64,000 bases of DNA from Algibacter sp. (GTDB taxonomy: Bacteria; Bacteroidota; Bacteroidia; Flavobacteriales; Flavobacteriaceae): the NCBI RefSeq assembly GCF_029245835.1, contig NZ_JAQWOO010000033.1:2447-66446 (forward strand), given 5' to 3'. Positions 38,677 to 46,519 of this stretch are shown piece after piece (position 1 is the stretch's first letter; each line of letters begins with the position of its first letter). A program made the translations under genes and the position numbers. The notes below the pieces were generated by a model. It worked only from the letters and a program-made list of their open reading frames with translations, was not told where the DNA came from and made no database searches.

Positions 38677-38777
38677 GTTTCAAATGTAGTAAAAAGATTT
38701 CTTATTTACAATGATGGAAACCGTAAAGTTTTATTCTATTTATTTGTAGTTTTAGGACTATAAAATAAATACAGGTT

Positions 38778-41700
38778 ATGAGTAAAATATTAGGATTGGA
38801 TTTGGGGACCAATAGTATTGGCTGGGCGATAAGAGACAGTAATTTAGGTAATAAAAATCAAATATTACATTCTGGAGTATTAATATTTCCACAAGGTGTG
38901 GGCGAAGAAAAGGGTGTAGAATTCTCATTAGCATCAGAACGTACAAAACACAGGGCATCAAGAAAGTTATATAGAAGGCGCAAATGGCGAAAAATAGATA
39001 CGCTTAAAATTTTAATAGAAAATAATATGTGTCCGCTAACTATAAACGAGTTAAATGTTTGGGGAACATATAAAAAGGGCAAGGAAAATAAATATCCAAC
39101 CGAAGACGAAGAATTCAGGGAATGGTTAAAGTTAAACCCTTATGAATTAAGAAGAAAAGCTTCAGAAGGAACTGTGTCAAATAATGAATTAGGTAGAGCC
39201 TTGTATCATATTTGTGAAAGAAGAGGTTTTAAAAGCGGTAGAAAAGATGCCGATACAGGAAAGGATATGGAGGTTTATATTAAAGAAAAAGAAGAAAGAG
39301 GCGACCAAACTCTTGGAGCTTATTTAAATAGCCAATTAGAGGCTGGAATTGAAGTGAGAAAAACAAAATACCAAGCCGATGACCAAGAAGTTAATTCTTC
39401 TCGTATTAGTTATATAGAAGAATTTGATGTTATTGTTAAAAAACAAAACCTTGATAAGGACTTAACTGAAAAATTGTTTCATGCTATCTTTTTTCAAAGA
39501 CCCTTAAAATCCCAAAAAGGAACAATTGGTAAGTGTACTTTAGAACCAACCAAACCAAGATGTGCAGTAAGTCATCCATTGTATGAAGAGTTTAGAATGT
39601 ACCAATTTCTTAATTCAATCAAAATTAAGAATACGTTTGGCAATGATTCTCAGTTTCATTTTTTAACTGAATTCCCACATTATTTTGAAATCGTAAAACG
39701 ATTATTTTTCAGAAAAAGCAAACCCAATTTTAAGTTTGCTGATATTTCAAAAGCCATAAATAAAGAAGCAAAAAAAGGAAATGAACATTTTGAATGCAAT
39801 TATAAGGACAAATACCCAATAGTTGGCAGTCCAACGTTAAGCCAATTTATAAATCTATTAGCTGCCGAAGATTGGGAAGATTGTAAAACGAAAATTAAAA
39901 ACAGTTATAAATTATCAAACAATAAATTAACGGATGAACTCATTGACGAACTATGGCATACCTTGTTTTTTGCTGGCGATTTTGTAAATGATATCACATC
40001 AAAAAAAGTAAAAGATTTTATTCGAGAGCGTTACAATGTAACTGAGGAACAAATTGAAACCTATGAAGCTATAAACTTAAAACAAGGCTATGCATCATTA
40101 AGTAGAAAAGCAATTAAAAATATATTACCATTTTTGAAAGAGCATATTATTTACTCTCATGCTGTTTTTTTTAGTAACGTGGAAGCCATTGTTGGTAAAG
40201 ATGTCTGGAAATCAAATAACGAGTTTATTCAAAATACTATAATTGATATAATTACGTGTTATAAAGAAGATAATTTAATAGCTGATATCGTTAATGGTTT
40301 GGTAGGCGATTTTATTAAGGAGTATGACAATGCGCATTTAGATTATGTTTTAGATGAAACTGATAAAAAAAATGTAGAAGAAAAGATTATTTCCTTTTAC
40401 GGAACATCAAAATGGAATGCTTTAAGCGAAGCGAAAAAAGAAAAATTTCAAAAAGAAATTGAAACACTTTTTCAAAAACAATTACAAAAACGAAGAACAG
40501 GAGGTTATTATTTACCCAAAGCCAGATTAGACGAAAAAATTAAAGACTTTTTGATAAGTGAATATAAGGTAACAAAAGAACAGGCAGGTAAATTATACCA
40601 TCCTTCTGCTATTGATATTTATCAAGACAGTTTATCAGGCGAATTAGAAAGTCCGTTTACAACATCAGTTCGCAACCCAATGGCAATGCGTACTTTATAT
40701 CAATTAAGGAAGCTTGTAAATACACTTTTAGAAGAAGATAAAATTGATGCTGACACAAAAATAATTATAGAACTTGCAAGAGAACTAAACGATAAGAACA
40801 AACGTTTAGCGATAGAACGCTATCAAAGAGAGCGTGAAGCTGAAAATAAAAAATATAGAACCCTTTTAGAGCCACATGCAAAAAAAGCCAAAAGTAATGT
40901 TACAGATCTTGATATTGTAAAATATAGACTATGGATAGAGCAAAACGGAAAATGTTTATACACTAATGAAACTATTGGAATAGCCGATTTGTTTGGTTCT
41001 AATCCTAAATTTGATATTGAACATACTTTTCCAAGAAGTAAATCTTTTGATAATTCGTTGGCAAACAAAACATTGTCTGAAAAGAAATTCAATCAAATAA
41101 AAGGCAGTAAAATTCCACAAGAATTACCTGCAAACTATTTGCAAAATGCACTACATAATATTGCGCATTGGAAAGAAAACATAGAAGCTTTAAAAGAAAA
41201 GATTGATATTCAAAATTATTATTCGGCAAAAGCATCTACGGTCAATGATAAGAATAAGGCTATTCAATTAAGGCATTATTTAAGATTACAGTTGGATTAT
41301 TGGAGAGATAAACACAGACGTTTTACAGATGAGGAAATTCATTTTAGGTTCAAAAACAGTCAGTTGGTAGATACAGGTGTCATTACCAAATATGCTAAAT
41401 TATATCTACAAACTTTATTTAAAGATGTATTTCCTGCAAAAGGAACTATGGTTTCAGATGTTAGGAAATCTTGGGGCTTAAAAGAAAAAGACAGAAATTT
41501 ACATTATCATCATGCCATTGATGCTATAGTATTAACCTGCATGACTAAAGATATAAGGGAAAAACTTGCCGCATCATTCCTAGAAGCTGAAACATTACAT
41601 AAACGTGAAAAATTTTTAGTCGAAAAACCTTGGGATAATTTTACCGAAGATGTTCTGGACTTACAAGAAGATATTTTGGTTGTACATAAACATTCCGATA

Positions 41701-42887
41701 AACTTTTAGAACATACTAAACGAAAATTGAGAAAACGTGGTAAGATTCAGCCAAAAGTTGATTTTGCTAAAAATGAAGAAGGTAAATATATTCTTGATGA
41801 TAAAGGTAAAAAGATTATAAAAAAATATTATTATCAAAAGGATAAAAACGACAAATTAATTCCTCAAAAAGGAAAGAAACTCTCTCAAAAAGAATGTGTC
41901 AATAAAATAGAAGGAGTAGATTTTTTTAAACTTGAAATTAACGGAAGCTCAATTAATTATGAATTTGTAAAAAATAGAAATAAAGATATAGTCTATAAAA
42001 AAGAATTCTTGTTTGAGCAAGGTCAAGGCATACGTAATTCGTTGCATAAGGATACTTTTTATGGTGCCATTGAACGAGAAAACGAAAAAGAAGAAAAAGA
42101 AATATGGTTTGTTATTAGAAAACCTGTAGATAGTTCATTTTCTGAATCAGATGTTAAGAATATTGTTGACGAAGGCATAAAAGAACGTATTTATAAACAT
42201 GGGCTTAAAAATATTCGTACGGATGAAGGATTTATAGTGTTACCTGAAGAGGGTAATAAAAAACCAATGCTTATTAAACGTATTCGTCTTAAAACAAGGT
42301 TAAACAATTTACCAAAAATTAAAAAGCAAAGTCATACCTCTCAAAAAAGCAAAAAACCGCATAAGGAATATTACTATGCAACTTTAGAGAACATTTTTGC
42401 GATGGCAGTTTATGAAGCAGAGAATAGTAAAGGAAAAAAAATAATAGCACATCAAACCATATCAGCCTTTGATACTGCAAAACATAATCAAGGTAATCAA
42501 AATATGGAAGTGCCTGTAGAAGATAATATGATTAAAAATAAAGGAAAATCCCCCGAAATATTATTGCCATTAAGTTATGTGCTTAAAGTAAACCAAATGG
42601 TGTTGTTTTATGAAAAAAGCAGGGAGGAATTAAAACAATTGAATAAAAAAGAATTAAGCAATAGGCTTTATAAAATAACACAATTTGAAAGTGAAGGTAA
42701 TTATGCTAGAATCCAATTAAAGCATCATATTCAAGGAGGAGCTGATAAAGATTTAAAAAAAGAATCTTCGTTAGATTTTGAAAGACCAGCTCAAAAATTA
42801 AGAATAAGTTTAAGTAATTTTAAAGCAGCTAAAGAAAATGTGGATTTTAAAATGTCTGCCTCTGGAAAAATAGATTTTGCAAAATAA
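38778..42887 (+). CDS. cas9: Cas9, type II-C
   Basis: 1369 aa. RuvC-I LGLDLGTNSIGWA, Arg-rich bridge helix RKLYRRRKWRK, RuvC-II IIIELAREL, HNH DIEHTFPRS...NKTL...N, and RuvC-III HHAIDAIV. There is no csn2 or cas4 in the locus. Confidence 0.95.
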   Translation: MSKILGLDLGTNSIGWAIRDSNLGNKNQILHSGVLIFPQGVGEEKGVEFSLASERTKHRASRKLYRRRKWRKIDTLKILIENNMCPLTINELNVWGTYKKGKENKYPTEDEEFREWLKLNPYELRRKASEGTVSNNELGRALYHICERRGFKSGRKDADTGKDMEVYIKEKEERGDQTLGAYLNSQLEAGIEVRKTKYQADDQEVNSSRISYIEEFDVIVKKQNLDKDLTEKLFHAIFFQRPLKSQKGTIGKCTLEPTKPRCAVSHPLYEEFRMYQFLNSIKIKNTFGNDSQFHFLTEFPHYFEIVKRLFFRKSKPNFKFADISKAINKEAKKGNEHFECNYKDKYPIVGSPTLSQFINLLAAEDWEDCKTKIKNSYKLSNNKLTDELIDELWHTLFFAGDFVNDITSKKVKDFIRERYNVTEEQIETYEAINLKQGYASLSRKAIKNILPFLKEHIIYSHAVFFSNVEAIVGKDVWKSNNEFIQNTIIDIITCYKEDNLIADIVNGLVGDFIKEYDNAHLDYVLDETDKKNVEEKIISFYGTSKWNALSEAKKEKFQKEIETLFQKQLQKRRTGGYYLPKARLDEKIKDFLISEYKVTKEQAGKLYHPSAIDIYQDSLSGELESPFTTSVRNPMAMRTLYQLRKLVNTLLEEDKIDADTKIIIELARELNDKNKRLAIERYQREREAENKKYRTLLEPHAKKAKSNVTDLDIVKYRLWIEQNGKCLYTNETIGIADLFGSNPKFDIEHTFPRSKSFDNSLANKTLSEKKFNQIKGSKIPQELPANYLQNALHNIAHWKENIEALKEKIDIQNYYSAKASTVNDKNKAIQLRHYLRLQLDYWRDKHRRFTDEEIHFRFKNSQLVDTGVITKYAKLYLQTLFKDVFPAKGTMVSDVRKSWGLKEKDRNLHYHHAIDAIVLTCMTKDIREKLAASFLEAETLHKREKFLVEKPWDNFTEDVLDLQEDILVVHKHSDKLLEHTKRKLRKRGKIQPKVDFAKNEEGKYILDDKGKKIIKKYYYQKDKNDKLIPQKGKKLSQKECVNKIEGVDFFKLEINGSSINYEFVKNRNKDIVYKKEFLFEQGQGIRNSLHKDTFYGAIERENEKEEKEIWFVIRKPVDSSFSESDVKNIVDEGIKERIYKHGLKNIRTDEGFIVLPEEGNKKPMLIKRIRLKTRLNNLPKIKKQSHTSQKSKKPHKEYYYATLENIFAMAVYEAENSKGKKIIAHQTISAFDTAKHNQGNQNMEVPVEDNMIKNKGKSPEILLPLSYVLKVNQMVLFYEKSREELKQLNKKELSNRLYKITQFESEGNYARIQLKHHIQGGADKDLKKESSLDFERPAQKLRISLSNFKAAKENVDFKMSASGKIDFAK

Positions 42888-42927
42888 ATCATTTTGGTGT
42901 ATATTTACACCACTAAATTTAATTATT

Positions 42928-43173
42928 ATGGCAAGGCAAAGTATCACATTAGCCAAACAAAATGATGAATGGCTAAAGAATCAAGTAGCAGAGCAAGAAT
43001 TTTCTAGCAAAAGCGAGGCTGTTAACTATCTCATTAAACAAGCACGAAATCAAGAAAAATATTATGATTTTGTGAGAATGAAAATAGAAAAAGGAGAGAA
43101 TAGTGGCTTTGTAAAAAAGCAATCTAGAGAAGATATGTTAGTTGAGTTTAAACAAGATTTACCTAATGTATAG
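42928..43173 (+). CDS. parD: ParD-type (RHH/CopG) antitoxin
   Basis: 81 aa from the ATG at 42928: MARQSITLAKQNDEWLKNQV...SKSEAVNYLIKQARNQE, an RHH pattern like ParD1/3/4. The gene starts 40 bp after the cas9 stop. Confidence 0.7.
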   Translation: MARQSITLAKQNDEWLKNQVAEQEFSSKSEAVNYLIKQARNQEKYYDFVRMKIEKGENSGFVKKQSREDMLVEFKQDLPNV

Positions 43174-43450
43174 CTATCATTTAAGTAGCGAAGCAAAAGA
43201 AGATTTAAGGCGATTATATTATTATGGAGTTATAACGTTTGGAATTGTTCAAGCGGACAAATATTTTAATATGATACATGATTGTTTTGATCGAATTGAG
43301 TCAAATCCTTTTTTATTCCCATGCGCCGAACACATAAAGAGTGGTTTTCGGTATTGTGTTGCAGGAGCGGATACTATATACTATAAAATCAAAAAAAATA
43401 ATAGAATAGAAATTATAACGATTATTGGAAAACAAGATTTCCCAAAATAA
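43166..43450 (+). CDS. parE: ParE/RelE-family toxin
   Basis: 94 aa from the ATG at 43166, which overlaps the parD stop by 8 nt (ATGTATAG). The pattern YHLSSEAKEDLRRLYYYG...NPFLFPC...GFRYCVAGADTIYYKI...IEIITIIG is typical of ParE. Confidence 0.7.
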   Translation: MYSYHLSSEAKEDLRRLYYYGVITFGIVQADKYFNMIHDCFDRIESNPFLFPCAEHIKSGFRYCVAGADTIYYKIKKNNRIEIITIIGKQDFPK

Positions 43451-43484
43451 GTAGTTCTTTGGCATAAGACCTTTCTGTCTTAAA

Positions 43485-43499
43485 CAACCAAACCACAAC
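43485..43499 (+). repeat. Inverted partial CRISPR repeat in the leader
   Basis: CAACCAAACCACAAC is the reverse complement of GTTGTGGTTTGgTTg. It matches repeat nt 1-11 perfectly and 13/15 overall. It lies 38 bp upstream of repeat 1. Confidence 0.7.
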
Positions 43500-43537
43500 G
43501 AAAAATTGACCTTCTCAATTTTTTGCAACGATTTTTC

Positions 43538-44825
43538 GTTGTGGTTTGATTAAAGATTAGAAAACACGATATTGTTAAGAAGAAAAGACTTAACCGTAGC
43601 GGTGTTGTGGTTTGATTAAAGATTAGAAAACACGATATTTAACGGTAACGCCTTTCCCTGTTAATGACAGTTGTGGTTTGATTAAAGATTAGAAAACACG
43701 ATATTAAAAGAACGAAAGGCAGCACAATGGGAAACGTTGTGGTTTGATTAAAGATTAGAAAACACGATATTTAAAGACAATGAATTTGATTTAGCAATAG
43801 GTTGTGGTTTGATTAAAGATTAGAAAACACGATATTAAATTCGGCGTATATCTGTATTGTCTCGTCGTTGTGGTTTGATTAAAGATTAGAAAACACGATA
43901 TTAGACTAAAAGACAATCTATTAACAGCGGTTGTTGTGGTTTGATTAAAGATTAGAAAACACGATATTAATATTGTGCATAAATGAGCGTTGCTTTTAGT
44001 TGTGGTTTGATTAAAGATTAGAAAACACGATATTGAGCAACGTATTTTGATGGGATTAGTTTTGTTGTGGTTTGATTAAAGATTAGAAAACACGATATTT
44101 AGTATTAGGAAGCTCAACATCGAAAGTCAGTTGTGGTTTGATTAAAGATTAGAAAACACGATATTAAGCGAAAACGGAAAGATACATCCAACGCAGTTGT
44201 GGTTTGATTAAAGATTAGAAAACACGATATTTCTAGCACCTGCCAAATAACCACGCAAAAAGTTGTGGTTTGATTAAAGATTAGAAAACACGATATTATT
44301 TAAAAAATACTATCCTAATGGTTGTGAGTTGTGGTTTGATTAAAGATTAGAAAACACGATATTAGAGAAAGAAAACGAGTGTTTATATTGTGGGTTGTGG
44401 TTTGATTAAAGATTAGAAAACACGATATTTGTGTATAATTTATGTGCTTCTTCAAGGCTGTTGTGGTTTGATTAAAGATTAGAAAACACGATATTTGTTT
44501 CTATTTGCTTGGTTCGTGATCGGCTGTTGTGGTTTGATTAAAGATTAGAAAACACGATATTTTAATATTCTTCATAATTAACAAAAACTTTGTTGTGGTT
44601 TGATTAAAGATTAGAAAACACGATATTTGTACTAATTCAGCACCTTCTATTTTAACAGTTGTGGTTTGATTAAAGATTAGAAAACACGATATTACACGCC
44701 AAAAAGGTAATTGATAGTATTATGTTGTGGTTTGATTAAAGATTAGAAAACACGATATTAACAGATAATTCTACAAAATCATCACCGTGGTTGTGGTTTG
44801 ATTAAAGATTAGAAAACACGATATT
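43538..44825 (+). CRISPR. CRISPR array: 20 x 36-bp repeat GTTGTGGTTTGATTAAAGATTAGAAAACACGATATT, 19 spacers (17 x 30 nt, 2 x 29 nt)
   Basis: Counted by hand, and the total length checks (20x36 + 568 = 1288 bp). All 20 repeats are identical, including both terminal ones. I infer plus-strand transcription from the strand and structure of the tracrRNA. Confidence 0.97.
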
Positions 44826-44880
44826 AGTTGGCTTGTTACCTTCTAATAATCAAAAGTATAAAGAGAAATATCGTTTAAAA

Positions 44881-44927
44881 AAATGCTTCTTTTTTGCAGT
44901 GATAAGGCAAGATTGAGGCATTTTTTT
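44881..44927. terminator. Bidirectional terminator between the array and cas2
   Basis: AAATGCTTC...GAGGCATTT imperfect stem, with an A-run before it and a T7 run after it. It sits between the convergent array and cas2. Confidence 0.45.
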
Positions 44928-44929
44928 GT

Positions 44930-45259
44930 TTAAAACAATTCTAGTTGTGTTGGTTGCGGTTCTTTTGGCATTTCTGATTTTCCCCAAAAATTCATAATAT
45001 TTCCAAATTGTTTATCAGTAATTCTTAAAATACTTACTTTACCAAATGGTGGTAAGAGTTTTTTAATCCGTTTTTCATGGGCATCTGCACTTTCACTACT
45101 GGCACAATGCCGCATATAAACAGAGTATTGCATCATGGTAAAGCCATCTTTTAATAAATTTTTTCTAAAGCCAGAAGCATTTTTACGGTCTTTAGCAGTA
45201 TCAGTTGGTAAATCAAAAAAAACAAATAACCACATAATTCTATAGCCGTTTAGTTCCAT
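44930..45259 (-). CDS. cas2: Cas2
   Basis: 109 aa. The MWLFVFFDLPT...YSVYMR pattern is typical of type II Cas2. It overlaps the cas1 stop. Confidence 0.9.
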   Translation of the reverse strand: MELNGYRIMWLFVFFDLPTDTAKDRKNASGFRKNLLKDGFTMMQYSVYMRHCASSESADAHEKRIKKLLPPFGKVSILRITDKQFGNIMNFWGKSEMPKEPQPTQLELF

Positions 45260-46134
45260 AAGTTCGGATACTTAATTTTCTTTCTTTTTCCAGAATAGCA
45301 TTGCTGTAATGAACTTGCTGTTTTTTGAAGCGCAACCATTAAGGGGCTTTTTTCATCTTTAAAATATACCGTTCTAGTTAGGATAGATAGTATTTCAGAC
45401 TTTATTTCTGTTGTTAGTTCTTGCTCGTCATAATTTTGCATTATATGATGAACGATTTCATCAACAATAGGTCTAAAAGGTTCCATAATATCATCTGCAA
45501 GTGCAAACGCATTATATTTACTTTTATGGTGAATACCTAATGTATTGAGAAGTCCGCTACCTGATAAAGCTCTGGCAGTTGCAGCTCTTAAAATGGCATA
45601 TCCATAATTTAAAAAATTATTAGGGTAATTACCAAATCGCTCTCTTTTAAAATCTATTTCAAAAAAAGCTTTCCAATAAAAGTTAGCAGCAACAGCTTCC
45701 ATGTTTGAGGTGTCACCACTCAAAACTTTACTTGCTAGATAGTCAAACTTGTTTTTTGTTTGTGTTATTTGTTCTAGTAAGATCCCTTGATTTTTAACTT
45801 TTTCAATAACAGTTTGTTGCCATAATTGTTTTTTAAGAGGTAAGCTAGCATTAATCTGATGTTTAAATATTTCTTGTTGTATGTGATGACTGTTTAAGTT
45901 TAAAAACATACCGTTAGGAAGGTGCTTATTATCACAAATAATACAAGCACAATTATTATTTATTAGTTTATTTAGTGCAGGAATACTTATATATGTTTCG
46001 TTATGGTCTATAACTAAATAACCAATATCTTCAATAGGTATCGTTTTATTTCTGTTTTCTGATTTTATTACCAGTTGCTCATTGGTGGTTGTAATAGTAC
46101 ATTTATTTGTGAATAGAAGTGTTTTTTTTATCAT
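45250..46134 (-). CDS. cas1: Cas1 (type II)
   Basis: 294 aa. N-terminal beta domain, a C-terminal helical domain with NYGYAILR and ALADDIMEPFRP motifs, and adjacency to cas2. Confidence 0.9.
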   Translation of the reverse strand: MIKKTLLFTNKCTITTTNEQLVIKSENRNKTIPIEDIGYLVIDHNETYISIPALNKLINNNCACIICDNKHLPNGMFLNLNSHHIQQEIFKHQINASLPLKKQLWQQTVIEKVKNQGILLEQITQTKNKFDYLASKVLSGDTSNMEAVAANFYWKAFFEIDFKRERFGNYPNNFLNYGYAILRAATARALSGSGLLNTLGIHHKSKYNAFALADDIMEPFRPIVDEIVHHIMQNYDEQELTTEIKSEILSILTRTVYFKDEKSPLMVALQKTASSLQQCYSGKRKKIKYPNLWN

Positions 46135-46237
46135 GAATTAACAGGTGTTAGTAATTATTATAAACCTTGCTAATAAATAATTCAATAATTAGGGAGCAAT
46201 AAATATACTAAATTAGGTTTAGAGATAAGTTATTTTC

Positions 46238-46392
46238 AAATTAGGGCTTTTTTTGGTAATTATAACGATGTTGTGTTGTCCTAGAGGTGTCTAGGATGTA
46301 GTTTGCCAAATTTATTTTGGTAATCCAATGGATAAGGGTTCCTTTTTTCTTTATAGAAAATTGGGATGCTTTTTTGTTTTAGGGAGGTTTGT
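46238..46392 (+). repeat. Right copy (DR-R) of the direct repeat bracketing the CRISPR-Cas island
   Basis: See DR-L. DR-R lacks the upstream half of the tRNA-terminator stem that DR-L pairs with. Confidence 0.85.
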
Positions 46393-46519
46393 TTCTACCT
46401 GCTAACCAATTTTTAAATACTAATTGATAAAAAAGTGACATTAACAATTTCGGCTATTTAATAGTATATTTATAGAAATTTTAGATTTACAAAATTTTAT
46501 AACTAGCTAAAACTAACAC

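Noticed and set aside
43313-43528. 71-aa minus-strand ORF
   Set aside because: It is antisense to parE and the CRISPR leader, with no start context or motif.
43538-44825. Repeat-internal crRNA promoters as in Neisseria/Campylobacter II-C systems
   Set aside because: The repeat ends in GATATT, but I found no TAnnTTTG -7 box or -33 element in or across the repeat. I cannot support this from sequence, so it appears only as an open question.
38409-46392. Integrase, transposase or Tn7/CAST-like genes that would explain the island
   Set aside because: Every ORF of 60 aa or more between and next to the direct repeats is accounted for (cas9, parDE, cas2, cas1, glycosidase). No recombinase-like sequence was seen, so no mobile-element feature is called.
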